DNA of 64,000 nt from Octopus vulgaris (Eukaryota). The DNA is taken from the NCBI GenBank assembly GCA_951406725.2, contig OX597819.1, positions 126,480,001-126,544,000 of the forward strand. Reading direction: 5' to 3'. Positions 1-13,380 of the stretch are shown here, in pieces (positions within the stretch are counted from its first letter, which is position 1; each line of letters starts with the position of its first letter). The notes below the pieces were generated by a model, which was not told the DNA's origin, made no database searches, and worked only from the letters and a program-made list of their open reading frames with translations. Made by a program: the position numbers and the translations under genes.

Positions 1-523
1 CACATATATACATATGCGAGTGTGTATGCTCACATACACAAAACAAACACATGCACACACAGAAACAAACGCATACACACACACACAAATACGGAATTTC
101 CCATAAATCAGGCGGTATTTAACCGTTAATATAATGTTAAACTATGCTTTACCTATTGAACGCATAATGAGTATACGTGCGAACATATCACATTACCGAG
201 ATTGCAAATAAAATTATTGCGTTAGGTTAGAATACGACTGCCTGCTCATGGATCGTGATTTCAATCCCAAGGTTGGTCATCTGGACTTTCATCTTATTTT
301 TTATACTGGAATTAATGAAAAATAGCGCCGTCGGTTACAGGTTTACAACAGGCCAACATCTGAGCTCTCTATTTCCGACGCTGATGGTAATTAGTGAATG
401 TTTGTAACTCGGTAGTCAACAAACATGCAGACACCTTCGCTTGAAAAGCACCGGCGTCTTGGTCTTCTCCTTTGTCCAGCTGTAGAAACGTTAGAGAGAT
501 AAAGTGAAAGATAGATATAGATC

Positions 524-903
524 GTGGCACTCCGTCGGTTACGACGACGAGGGTTCCAGTTGATCTAACGAACGGAAAAGCCTGCTCGTGAAATTAACGT
601 GCAATAGGCTGAGCACTCCGCAGACACGTGTGCTCTTAACGTAGTTCTCAGCGAGATTCAGCGTGACACAGAGAGTGACATGGCTGGCCCTTTGAAATAC
701 AGGTACAACAGAAACAGGAAGAAAGCGTGAGAGAAAGTTGTGGTGAAAGAGTACAGCATGGTTCACCACCACCCCCTGCCGGAGCCTCATGGAGTTTTAG
801 GTGTTTTCGCTGAATAAACACTCACAACGCCCGGTCTGGGAATCGAAACAGTGATCCTACGACCGCGAGTCCGCAGCCTTAACTACTGGGCCATTGCGCC
901 TCC
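524..903 (-). mobile_element. tRNA-derived SINE, family C (octopus OR-type; exact family name unverified)
   Basis: Minus-strand head GGAGGCGCAATGGCCCAGT (A box) ... GGTTTCGATTCCC-like B box; ends ...CCGACGGAGTGCCAC; near-identical copy at 55905-56283. Confidence 0.85.
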
Positions 904-1036
904 ACATACAAATCGAAATGTTGTAATTACGGTCAACTTTTTACTTCTAAAAATCAAGAATTAATTACTCTACTAAAAAGTACAGAATAATCCTTCAGTT
1001 TAACGTTAAATTGCTTTTTTTAATATATATAACACG

Positions 1037-1087
<51 letters not shown>

Positions 1088-1100
1088 ATACATATATACA

Positions 1101-1181
1101 CCATAGTAAGCACATAAATGCGAAACAAGGTGGAAAATAAATTTTACTCCAATACCAGGCGTATATGTTTTTTAATAAAGT
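1101..1181 (-). mobile_element. 3' fragment of the hairpin/HHR PLE-like mini-element family (cf. 21408-21658, 54147-54315)
   Basis: Reverse complement reads ...CTGGTATTGGAGTA..TTTTCCACCTTGTTTCGCATTTATGTGCTTACT.., matching the 3' end of the other two copies; embedded in (TA)n. Confidence 0.65.
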
Positions 1182-1245
1182 ATATATATACATATATATA
1201 TATGTATATATGTATATATATATGTATATATATATATACATATAC

Positions 1246-1281
<36 letters not shown>

Positions 1282-1730
1282 CTATATATATATATACATA
1301 TATATATACATATATACATACATATATACATATATATATGTATATATATAAATGGATGTGTATATTTTAGATAGATATATATAAATGGATGTGTGTATTT
1401 TTTCATTGTTTACATACCTTTAGTTCATATAAGTGATATCTACCATTATATATAATTTGAACATTGATTTTCTTCTCACATTTCAATTCCACTAGATATA
1501 TCTTTTTCCAAGCCTTTAAGCTTTTATTTTAATTCCCATATCGCTCTATATTTCTCCTTTATTAGTTTTCTGCTTATTTCTTTCCTTTACCCCTTCTCTT
1601 TCTATAGGCTACCTTTGGCGTTTTATCTTCTAACGGTTTTTATTAAAATAACTTAATAGCGTTCCGTTCATCATTATACACATCTAACACATTCTGTTAT
1701 AATGTCTTACTGATGAAGTTTGGTTTCCTT

Positions 1731-1818
1731 CTTTTCCTGATGAGACGATTAAATTGTTTTACACCATTTTATTCCTTTGGAATAATACCAATGTTGTCTT
1801 CGAAACATATGTCGGAAG
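1731..1818 (+). ncRNA. Type I hammerhead ribozyme-like motif (canonical core, long stem II loop)
   Basis: TTTTC-CTGATGA(1737-1743)-GACGA...TTGTC-TTC-GAAAC-ATAT-GTC(1811-1813)-GGAAG; palindromic stem III ACATATGT; stem I needs G-U pairs. Confidence 0.6.
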
Positions 1819-1862
1819 TAAAATAATTTGAATAACAGCTGCGTTTAACTCCATTTATTTAT

Positions 1863-1934
<72 letters not shown>

Positions 1935-2024
1935 ACACATACACACACACACACATATATGTATGTATGTGTGTGCGTGTGTCTGTGTAATATATATGTA
2001 TGTATATATGATTATTATTATTAA

Positions 2025-2180
2025 GGTGGCAAGCTAGCAAAAGATTAGCACGTCAGTCAAAATGCTTGGCGGCATTTCGTCTGTTTATCCGTTCTGAGTT
2101 CAAACTCAGCCATGGTTGACTTTGCCTTTTATCCTTTCGGGGTCGATAAAACGAAGCACTATTGGGGCAACGTAATCGAC
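2025..2180 (+). mobile_element. SINE family A, degraded partial
   Basis: Diverged GGCGGCGAGCTGGCAGAA head, GAGTTCAAA B box, GACTTTGCCTTT.ATCCTTTCGGGGTCGATAAA core. Confidence 0.75.
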
Positions 2181-2279
2181 CAAAGCCCTTTCCCCTCATT
2201 GCAAGGAAGGGAAAAAGCCGTTTCAGAAATGAAGAGTTGAAGAAAAATATGTCGCAGGAAATCTTATATTTTTTTTTTT

Positions 2280-2512
2280 TTTCAGTCATTAGACTACTGC
2301 CATCCTGGGACACCTCCTTAAAGGCTTTAGTCGAACAAATAAACCCTAGTCCTGATTTCTTTTTCTAAGACTGGTATTTAGTCTATCTATCTCTTCTTGC
2401 CACTATGCTATGGGGACTTAGACAAACCATTAATCGACTGTCAATCGTTGTTGGGAGTCAGACACAGAGATATACACATGCTCATAAATACATGTACACA
2501 CACAGGTGTGTG

Positions 2513-2552
<40 letters not shown>

Positions 2553-2670
2553 TCCGTCTACGAAATCCACTCTCAACAGTTTGTTCGGTCTGGGGCTATA
2601 GTAGACCAAAGTGCTACGTAGTGAGAACGAACCCAGAACCATGTGGTTTAGAACTAAACTTCATAACACA
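2280..2670 (-). mobile_element. SINE family B, degraded, with internal (TG)n
   Basis: Diverged tail (TTCAGTCATTAGACT...) and head (CCGTCTACGAAATCCACTC...GAACCATGTGGTT). Confidence 0.7.
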
Positions 2671-2763
2671 TATTCACACAAAAATGAAAACTAAAAACCA
2701 TTCGACAAAAGTATAAGGCAACACCTAATTAGAGAATTCAACACTAAAATTCTGTATGAAATT

Positions 2764-2996
2764 TTTTTATTTACTGCCCACAAGGGGCTAAACATAGAGC
2801 AGACAAACAAGGACAGACAAAGGGATTAAGTCGATTACATCGACCCCAATGCGAAAATGGTACGTTTATTTATCGACCCCGAAAGGATGAAAGGCAAGGT
2901 TGACCTCGGCGGAATTTGAACTCAGAACGTAGCAGCAGACGAAATACTGCTAAGCATTTCGCCCGGCGCGCTAACGTTTCTGCCAGCTCGCCGCCG
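2764..2996 (-). mobile_element. SINE family A, full length, 19-bp TSD
   Basis: Full consensus match; TSD TAAAATTCTGTATGAAATT at 2745-2763 and 2997-3015. Confidence 0.92.
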
Positions 2997-3644
2997 TAAA
3001 ATTCTGTATGAAATTAACTGTCACAAGTGTAAAATTTGCTGCGCTACTCCAATAACAGTACAATACAAATTCGCTATGATAAACAGAAGGGAACATCATT
3101 TAAATATCTAAATTTTGTTTTCTTTGATATGCCTGAATATGTATTAGGTTTACATTTTTGTTAAACATAAAAATTTACCTTCCCTGACAAAAGAAAAATA
3201 GAAAAACGTGTAAACATGTTTATTTTTCCCAGCGAAACTATGCGTGTTTACCATGAAAACATTATAAGTGATATATTTTTATGGATAAAATATATTTATA
3301 CGCAAATATTATATAGCCTTTCGATGTTCCTATGACCTATTAACCACCAGGAATATATATATATACACTCACACACACATACACTTGTATATACATACAT
3401 TACACAAATATGTACTTATCATGGTAATTTAATATTTTGTCGTGGAACTCAAATGAGAATGAAATCTGTGTATTGTTAAACTGGACACGGATTAGTTGGT
3501 ATTATGTCATGCCTGGTGAACCTAAAATATGTCAAGATGTGATCTCGTTTTCTGTTTATTCCAAATAGCAACAAGCTATCACCTTCTTTTGCTCTCCATA
3601 AATGGCGGCCATTCACAACTGATACGTATGCTAACGTAATTAGC

Positions 3645-3845
3645 CAGCAATTTTGAGGATAGAGTGTTAGTGGATACCATCGACCATAAATACTCGACGG
3701 GTCCTTCGTTTCATAGAACCCGGTGAAATGAAAGGCAAAATTTGATGCGAGCGAGATTTGAACCTAGAATGTAAAGAACAAGGGTAATACAAAAACGTTT
3801 TTCGACATTGTAACAATTCTGCGAATACGCAGCCTCCTATCGCCA
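3645..3845 (-). mobile_element. SINE family A, old degraded copy
   Basis: Residual ATGAAAGGCAAA, GATTTGAAC and ATCGACC motifs in family-A order. Confidence 0.55.
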
Positions 3846-4114
3846 TCAGTAATGATACTAAAACAGCTCCAAAATACCATCACATGCATCATGATGGTAT
3901 CTACTACCATCGCCAATGCCAACACCAAGGTTATCACTACCAAGACCACTGCTATCACTGTAGATTCTAACGCATCACTTTACCTGCAAGAAAATGCTGT
4001 GAAGCCTCCATCAAAACACACCCACTTTCCACTAAAACAACCGACACATTGGATAATATGGTCACGGCTCCTCTGCAGGAATGAAAAGATGGAATAGCCA
4101 CGGCTAGAATACTT

Positions 4115-4281
4115 GGACGACGTGGGCGGAATGAGCGGGTATGTTGTCATGATAGAGTTGCCAGTTCTTTGCTGCTAACAGGAAGGATGCGGCCACCTAA
4201 AAGCCATGTACATTTTGCTTACGCATTGTTTTTTTGTACAAAAAAATGAAGGTCAGATAGTTTTTGACTACACCACGTGTA
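4115..4281 (-). mobile_element. Mariner-family internally deleted remnant
   Basis: Minus strand encodes LYHDNIPAHS (mariner LHHDNAPAH motif); followed by TIR-like GGTCAGATAGTTTTTGACTACACCACGTGTA. Confidence 0.6.
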
Positions 4282-4302
4282 TATCTATAGATATATATAT
4301 AG

Positions 4303-4393
<91 letters not shown>

Positions 4394-4399
4394 TAGATG

Positions 4400-4610
4400 C
4401 GCCTTTGTCTTTCTTTGTCTACCCGCCACTGCTTGACAACCGGTTTTGATGTGCTTACGTGTCCGTAACTTGCGCTTCGGCAAAAGGTATCGATAGAATT
4501 AATGCCAAACTTTAAAAAATACTGGAGTCGATTCATTCGACTGAAATTTCTTTAAGGCAGTGACCCAGTATGGCCACAGTCTGATAACTGAAACAAGTAA
4601 AGGATAAAAG
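4400..4610 (+). mobile_element. SINE family B 3' half
   Basis: GCTTGACAACCG...GTAACTT.CGCTTCGGCAAAAG...CCAGTATGGCCACAGTC..ACTGAAACAAGTAAAGG. Confidence 0.75.
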
Positions 4611-5029
4611 ATATATTTATACATATCTTACGTATGTATGCATGTAATATTTATTATGAGATTTCAGTAAGATTTAGTTACTATCTCTAGCAAATCAAGC
4701 GGCTGCGTAGAGACTAACATATCTTGGTGTGGAACAATCAGTATATTTAAGCAAAAAAAAAAAAAAAATCAGAAGAAAAGGAACTGATCCTATTCTTATT
4801 GAGATTACAAATAATTATTTTAGCCATCCAATTGATATTTACACGTCCTTCGGGATTTGAACCGACATATTGTAGAGCACTTTAATATAAAGCCTAAAAT
4901 CTGTTTGTATCTGTCAGTTCATCTCTTCCACCGCCTTGTATCAACTAAAGCAATGGATTTACTATCGATGATTTTTAATTATTAACATCATTAATTGAAT
5001 AGCTTTCAACAGTAATTATATATATAGAG

Positions 5030-5410
5030 AAAAGCAGAGACTGGTAACGGCCTAAAGAGCCATGGAAAGGTCAATGCTTGGTCTCTCGTTGAGAGGGCAC
5101 ATCAGTAGCGTGGTCATCAGAGAGAAGTCCGGCACGAGGGATGTCATCGCAGAATATACAAGTTTAGATGGGCTGGACACGTCGCCCGGCTCACCGATAA
5201 TCGATTTTCCCGCGCAGTTGTCGAGTGGTACACGCGCGAGCGGAAACGACCACTCGGAAGGTCTCCACGACGGTGGAGTTACGATTTCAGGAGGACGATT
5301 GGGATCACGTGGATGAGAAACCGTGATCCAGAGAGGAGTGGACAGCGTGCTGTGACCAGCGGTGTCAAATGGACGCCCGACAGACTGGTCAGTCAAGGTG
5401 ACCAAGGTGA
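5030..5410 (+). mobile_element. RTE-clade LINE 3' end (decayed ORF C-terminus)
   Basis: Frameshifted translation RAMERSMLG...KFRWAGHVARLTDNR...VEWYTRERKRPLGRSPRRWSYD, typical of an RTE C-terminus; ends in tandem CAAGGTGA then (TA)n. Confidence 0.85.
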
Positions 5411-5439
5411 TATATATATATATATATATATGAGATAAC

Positions 5440-5471
<32 letters not shown>

Positions 5472-5746
5472 AGTTGCTGAACGTTTGATTGCTAGTACTA
5501 TTAACATCTTGAACAAAAACCTAGAAGCTCTATCATTCGCTCGTGTTGGTTCGTATGCTGGACCCTTATCAGGGAGTCTATTACATGTAAGCAGACTGAT
5601 CGAATTTTCGATGGTTCAATTCATGATGATTTACAGTTCCCCGTTCTAAGCAGGGGCTCAGAAACGTCACTAGATCACTGACAAATGACGTATCGCTAGC
5701 ATCATCATTATCATCGCGCTGCTCGCTGTCTCACCATCTATCGCTT

Positions 5747-5973
5747 GGCGAGCTGGCAGAAACGTTAGCACGCCGGGCGAAATGCGTAGCCGTATTTCGT
5801 CTGCCGGTACGTTCTGAGTTCAAATTCCGCCGAGGTCGACTTTGCTTTCATCCTTTCGGGGTTGATAAATTAAGCACCAGTTACGTATTGGGGTCGATAT
5901 ACTCGACTTAATCCGTCTGTCTGTCCTTGTTTGTCCCCTCTGTGTTTAGCCCCTTGTGGGTAGTAAAGAAATA
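5747..5973 (+). mobile_element. SINE family A, near full length
   Basis: A box TGGCAGAAACGTT, B box GAGTTCAAATTCC, core, tail ...GTAGTAAAGAAATA. Confidence 0.92.
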
Positions 5974-6331
5974 TATAAGTGTTCATATACGATAGGGTTC
6001 CAGTTCTTTTCATTGTTGTGGTTGTTTAATCACAGCAGGATTTGAACTCAGACTATAAAAAAACAGATGATATCACGCGGGGTATCCATCCCGTTTGGCA
6101 TTCTAACTTTGGTAGAATTTGAAAACAAGTACCCTATAAAGATCTGTTGCAAAATATTCTCATGTATATTAATCCTTATACACAGAGGTGTCAACATTTG
6201 CCCACTCACTCCGTCCGCTAGAAATAACAGCCAACCCTTTCTCTCAAAGCTCACCCCATCTATCAATTTGACTTGTTATTCAGTAAATCCTTTTTGTCAT
6301 ACACTTTTCCCTTTTTCATTTCACATTCACC

Positions 6332-6459
<128 letters not shown>

Positions 6460-6791
6460 TTATCCGAGCTTACCGTGGTCTTTTCCGTAGGCTTTTCTTC
6501 CCATGGATAAACCTTATCTGCTTCCCCTTTACACCTTACATCATGACACTGTAATACACGATCCATATTGATCGTTTTTTTTCTTTCTTTTTAATTTTAA
6601 TTTTTTTGTTTCTTTACCTTTTTCTTTTTTCTTTTTCTTTTTTTTCTTTCTTCTTTCTGCTTTCCCTTTTACGATCCCTTTTGATCGAAAATCTACCCCA
6701 CCTTTATAATTTTTTTCTCCCCCAAAAAGAAAAGCTCTACTTTGTAATCTGCCCAGTCTGTGTGCAGCCCTGTGTGGCTAATAATGAAATA

Positions 6792-6851
<60 letters not shown>

Positions 6852-7017
6852 ATTTATTTCGTTTTTCCTCGGTTTACACTCATTTACACACATACACACA
6901 CGGAGATATATACACATACGCACATGCATCTATACACACGTGTGTGTATTTGTATGATTGGTTTATTTGTGTAAATGTGCATGTGTATGTGTGCATGCAA
7001 TTCTGAATCCATATATA

Positions 7018-7079
<62 letters not shown>

Positions 7080-7834
7080 AGAGTGTGTTTGTGTGTGCGT
7101 GCGCATCGATAATTAGTCAAAAGAAAATAGAAGCACACATTCGATCAGGAACACAAACATACACACATAAACCCATCAGTCAAGTACACTTACACACACA
7201 CATATACACACGTACACACGCGCTCGAGCGCACGCATACGCATATGACTTACCGCGACAGACTGGCTTCTCGACAGGGGCTGCCGGTTAAATCATATAAC
7301 AATGACTATACTGTGACGTGGGCGGAGAACCTGGGCGATGAATAAGAATACGTAAAGTTACTCATGCATACACAGACACACACACATAAACACACAAACA
7401 CAACTATACATAAACATGCATACAAACACACACACACAAATTCATACACATATTCGCATATGTTCATGCACACATAAACCCGTTGAGACCCATAGGCGCA
7501 CACACACACAATCTTGAATGCGTTTGTGCATATGTGAGAGTATATCTACACACATAAACATAAACGTAAGGCTGGCTCAGAAACATAGATTTTCATTTTG
7601 CTTATATACATATATATATTTCACATACATACATCCATAGATGCATACATGCATACATGCATACATGCATACTTACATACACACACTCATATTTACGAAT
7701 AAAAGTATACACATATGTAAATATAAACTGTTATTTGGCTACATACATGGGTATGTATATATGTATATTTTCAAATATACACACATACACCTATATATGC
7801 ATGTGTATATATATATATAAATAAATACATATAA

Positions 7835-7899
<65 letters not shown>

Positions 7900-7968
7900 T
7901 GAATTTTTTGCGTAATGAGATAAAAAAAACCAAGTCTGTATAGATATTAGAGCCTTTATAGATAGAAG

Positions 7969-8023
7969 GTCTTACAGCTGTTTCTAGGATATTAATTAAT
8001 AATAAAATCCCTTCATCGGAGAC
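7969..8023 (-). ncRNA. Minimal type I hammerhead ribozyme-like motif (U4C core)
   Basis: Minus strand: GTCT-CCGATGA-AGGGAT..ATCCT-A-GAAAC-AGCT-GTA-AGAC; stem I GTCT/AGAC, palindromic stem III ACAGCTGT; in a unique segment (about 7899-8215) between TA-rich tracts. Confidence 0.65.
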
Positions 8024-8316
8024 GGTGTGAGAGGAAAAGTTAAGTCATAGTTAGTTTAGATGTGATACAAATAGAGAGTGAGTGGAGGAAAGAAAATAGA
8101 TGTAAGATATGTATGGTTATTGAGTTCATAAATCCGTTTTATAGGCATAATGGTATATATGTGTACTATTCCAATATCCTTTGAGTAAGATCCAAAAGTC
8201 CAAAAGAGTGTAATATGTATATGTATGCACTCATACATTTGACTGCTTGATGAGTATGTGAGATGTCTACCATACATGTGTATATATTAGTATGTGTGGA
8301 TGTATATATATATGTG

Positions 8317-8382
<66 letters not shown>

Positions 8383-8654
8383 CATACATACATATATATA
8401 AATATATATATATGAATAGGGTAAATGTTTTTTTAATTTTCCTTTAATTTCTGAATTACTACTACTTGGCGGTTTGAGTCCTGGCTGCTCTTTCTAGTGG
8501 GTCAAATGGCCTATTGAGGCCGTTCCTCAATTGTTGTTGAATATATATATATACATGTGTGTGTGTCGTATAATACGCTCTGTACTCACCTAACGCTTCA
8601 GTATATGTATATCGAGTTCTAAGAGTGGGTAGTTAATAGCATTATGTCCAAGTG

Positions 8655-8688
<34 letters not shown>

Positions 8689-8702
8689 CTATCTATATTT
8701 AT

Positions 8703-8752
<50 letters not shown>

Positions 8753-9089
8753 AGCTTTTTGATATAGAAATTTATGGGAAGCAGTGCAATGCGAACCAGG
8801 GTATCGAGAGGCTGGGCAATGATTTTAATGACCAATTGACAGGATTCTTCACGCACGTTCTCACTCGTATCGATCAATTGATCCCAGACATTTCCATACA
8901 TCGTTTTGAATACGTAGGGGCAGGTGTGGCTTTGGCCGCAGATGTGGCTGTGTGGTAAGAAGCTTGTTTTCCCGACCACATTGTTCCGAGTTTCGAACCA
9001 CAGCGTGGCCGTTTGTGTGTCTTCTGCAATGCCCCGCGTCGCCCAAACCCTTGCGAGTCGATTTGGCAGATGGAAACTGAAACAACGCG

Positions 9090-9181
<92 letters not shown>

Positions 9182-9315
9182 TTGTTTGTTCCTCACCACT
9201 GTTTGATAGCTGGTGTTGGTTACATCTCTTTAACTTAGTTGTTCGGCATAATATACCTTTATCATGAGTAAGAGGGTTTAAGAATAGTTACTGGGGTCGA
9301 TTCATTCGTCTAAAC

Positions 9316-10056
9316 CAGTCGTCCTCAACCGTAGTCCATATGACCCTTTGCGGTCCATGCAAAATTTTGCAGGGTCCAGACAAGCAAAATAGTAAATTGG
9401 GGACACACGGTACTATGTTAAGGGTCTGTGAAAAAAAACTCATAGGCGCAGGAGTGGCTATAGGCGCAGGAGTGGCTGTGTGGTAAGTAGCTTGCTAACC
9501 AACCACATGGTTCCGGGTTCAGTTCCACTGCGTGGCATCTTGGGCAGGTGTCTTCTGCTATAGCCCCGGGCCGACCAATGCCTTGTGAGTGGATTTGGTA
9601 GACGGAAACTGAAAGAAGCCTGTCGTATATATGTATATATATATATATATATAAGTGTGTGTGTATATGTTTGTGTCTGTGTTTGTCCCGATGCTGGTGT
9701 GTTTACGTCCCCGTCACTTAGCGGTTCGGCAAAAGAGACCGATAAAATAAGTTGTGAGCTTACAAAGAATAAGTCCCGGTGCTCCAGCATGGCGGTGCTC
9801 CAGCATGGCCGCAGTCAAATGACTGAAACAAGTAAAAGAGTAAAAGAGTAAAAAGATGTATTTATTGCAAGAAACAGCTAAGTTTCTTTCTCTGACGCTT
9901 TACCTGGTTCAGCCTATATAAGGGAATAAAGGAAATAGGAATTTTGAAAGAAATATCTATAAAACTAGGTTTTAAACATCGAATGGCTATGGGGTTTTAC
10001 TGGAATAAAATAGTAATCAAAAGGGTCCAAAAGTAAAAAAAGGTCGTGAATCACTG
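9316..10056. mobile_element. hAT (Charlie-like) MITE with 8-bp TSD
   Basis: Termini CAGTCGTCCTCAACC / GGTCGTGAATCACTG (CAGTGGTTCTCAACC-like TIR); TSD GTCTAAAC (9308-9315) / GACTAAAC (10057-10064). Confidence 0.75.
9445..9855 (+). mobile_element. SINE family B (tRNA head + CORE-like + internal microsatellite + CR1-like tail), young copy
   Basis: GGCGCAGGAGTGGCTGTGTGGT A box, GGTTCAGTTCC B box, CTTGGGCAGGTG CORE-like motif, (TA)n(TG)n, tail with GTAAAAGA repeats; an 18-nt segment at the 5' end is duplicated. Confidence 0.9.
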
Positions 10057-10645
10057 GACTAAACCGTCCACGGCGGTGCCCCAGCATGGCCGCAGTAAAA
10101 TGTAAAAGATCATCTTCATTGTAAACACATATGCAATACAGAATGGAAAATTTATTTGACACATAGGCCACGACGATATTCATACAAACACACGTCACAT
10201 TCAAATCATGAACACCCTACATACTCATCAAGCAGTCAAATTTATTAGTGCATTCATACAGATGAGAAAAGAGATAGTTTTGAACGGATATAGAGCGAAG
10301 TGTAATTTCTTAAAGTGGTTGATTGACGCATTTGACAGATGAAATTCACTATGTCAATAACAATTCACTATACCAACAACAGACAAAAAGAAGAAAGGAA
10401 AATGTGCTAAAAAGCATAAATGAGTGTACTTTTAGTCTAATCGTTTAAATCAGAAGCTAGGATAAGAATCAGGAATTTGACAAAAGAAGAATTAAAGGAC
10501 ACAAAAGAAAAGTTGTGAATGTTACTTAAATCAGAGGTTTTGAACCATGGTGTTGCGTATGGAATGTAGGTTATCCCGCGACATTTTCAAGCGAGTTAGA
10601 AATCTCAGAATATTGAGAAAAACTGGTTTTAAATGTACCGAACAC

Positions 10646-10712
<67 letters not shown>

Positions 10713-11435
10713 TGTGTCTGTCTGTCTGTCTGTGTCTGTGTGTGTTTGTAAACCCACAGAACTTCTGAAGTTTCCAGCTGATTTTCTCCAAGCTGGGAAC
10801 ATACATTACTTATATTCCAGAGGTGATTTTAGACTCTTAAAAGTTTTCACATAATGAGTAAATGGGACTCCTGGGGGTACAAAACTTCCTTTCTTGGGCT
10901 AGCTACTGAAATGATACAAGTAGGTTGTATTAAATGGATGAACCAATGTAGACTTCAAACTGCGTTGTCTAAGTGGTAGCAATAATAGCCTGTTCCCGTA
11001 GAGTCATAGGTAGCGATTTCTTCGAATAAAAACCGATTGGAACGCAGTATGTTTATCATGAAAAATATACTAAAATATGTTGAATCCCGAACAACTATTC
11101 AACTATTTTCTTTTAGCTTTAGTATCAAAGTCTTCTTTCTAAGCATAGTCGAAGCCCATACAAATATTCTTCAGCTATTGATTACAAACCGAAATATCGC
11201 ATGTACATTAATCTACTAATTTATGGTGTCTAAGACCCAACCACGTTAGTTAGAGATAATGTCCTTAATGTGATCTTGCATACCCGGATGCAACATGCAG
11301 AAATGTTTTTGCTTGGGTGCTGAGTTGTCCTCACAATGGTCGTACGCTGTTTATGCGAAGGAGTGCACGGTTGAGCCACGACTATTGATTTTCAACCACG
11401 TCAGCAACCCAACGTCCCGTGACCCAACCACGTTT

Positions 11436-11590
11436 GTTCAAATTCCGCCGAGGTCGTCTTTGCCTTTCATCCTTTCGGGATCGATAAATAAAGTACCAGT
11501 TTCGCACTAGGGTCGATGTAATCGACTTAATCCCTTTGTCTGTCCTTGTTTGTCCCCTCTATCTTTAGCCCCTTGTGGGCAATAAAGAAA
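11436..11590 (+). mobile_element. SINE family A, 5'-truncated
   Basis: Starts at the B box GTTCAAATTCCGCC and runs to the tail. Confidence 0.85.
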
Positions 11591-12278
11591 CAAAAAATTA
11601 TAATAATTTTTTTTGCTTTGAGACAATATCGACATGAGGACAAATTGCAAAGTAGTGAGTGGAGTTGGGGGTCATTTTTTGGGATGTGGGGGTCATTCCG
11701 TGTGTGTGGGTGGGGATCAGTCGTTTATTTCAACATCCATTCTTGGGTTCTACTTATTTTATCGATTCCAAGTTTAAAATCTCGACGGCGGCAAAATTTG
11801 AACTTAAAGCGTCGGAAAGTGACTAAATATCGGGTAGTTAATTTGCCAGCCGCTTAACTGGTTCCACCATGAAAGCCAACCGTTGTGGTAATGATTATTT
11901 ATTTATTTATTTGTTATATTTTTTTCTTTATGTAATTCAGGTGCAAGTGTACTCCCGTCGTAGTGGGGGGAGCAAATGTTTAATTACCTTTTCATAGTAT
12001 TTTCTTTGCTAAGAATACAAAAGATTTTGATTTTTAATGAGGACAAACACATATAATATTATTAAAGTACAAAAGACCAAATACAAAATAGTCACCATGG
12101 TGATAATACATTATATACATTCATACACATATTTCGGAGGAGAGAGAGAGAGACAGAGAGACAAAGAGGGAGAGGGGGGTTGTTTTAATTATATATAAAA
12201 CAAAAAAAATATTAACTGAATAATGATTTAAAAAGTCAAGTAGAGTTTGATTGATTTGCATATACACACGGATACACA

Positions 12279-12345
<67 letters not shown>

Positions 12346-13288
12346 ATATATATGCGTGTGTACTTGTGCTGATATACATATGAATATTTACTATTTATGC
12401 ATATGTATATAAGTATATATATATATATTGGTTTGTATGTGTGTATATACATATATGTATGCATGTATGCATCTATCTATACATACATACATATACATAC
12501 ATGCATATATGCGTGTATATATACATATATATATGCCTATTTTGATAAGGGTGTAATAAATTAGGACCATCATCAAAAAGGGAGATAAGTTTAATAAATC
12601 AAAATATTCTCGTATCTTAATTAATCTATTTCTACAACATTGTTGCATAAGAAAATATCGATTTTCTTTTTCTTTCTTTTTTTTGCAAATTAACTAGGCT
12701 ATAAATCTACTCTACACATGTTTATATATATCTTTTTCATTCACTATCAGATAAAAAAAAATGTTAATTCTTTGTCACGTCACAGACAAAATGTCATTTC
12801 TTGTTAGAATTCAGTTAAAATATTTCTTTCAACGTTAGAGCGGTTCTTCTGCTTTTCTGACAATTAGGACAGGGCGAGATACTGATGTAGAGAGACACCT
12901 GCAGGAGAAAAAAATTAAAAAGAAACAATAAGACAAAAGGCAGATAACTACTCCACTGCAAACTTTGAGATTCTTGATAAATAAGATCTCTCTGGGAATT
13001 GCGGAGAAGAGGAATCGAATTCTGTTTGATATCTGATACGTGTGTTAGAGGTATTCTTGAGTCATTCATTGTATTTGTAGTGTTATACTTCGTCAGGTTA
13101 TGCACAGAAGCATTTTGAAGAAGTGAAATTCATAGGAAACATTTAGTGAAAGGTAAGACCTTGTGTTTGTTGTTTGTGGGACCATATGTTTATATGTATA
13201 TACATATATACATACATGCATACCTGTATACCTATGCACACACACACATGTATATATATATATATATATGTAAATATATGTGTGTGTA

Positions 13289-13342
<54 letters not shown>

Positions 13343-13380
13343 TATAGATATATGCATATATATATATATATATATATATA

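Larger units (their letters stand above)
8920..10110 (+). mobile_element. SINE family B (older), interrupted by a hAT-like MITE
   Basis: Head 8920-9090, (TG)n, tail to 9315, resumes at 10057 with CGGCGGTGCCCCAGCATGGCCGCAG. Confidence 0.75.

Noticed and set aside
5747-5830. SINE heads as tRNA genes
   Set aside because: A and B boxes are present but there is no complete cloverleaf, and they continue into SINE bodies, often with TSDs.
9458-9790. Recurrent ORFs such as RQASFSFRLPNPLTR... and MRNWYLINRPRKDERQSRPRR...
   Set aside because: Read-through of SINE families B and A; they recur only because the SINEs recur.
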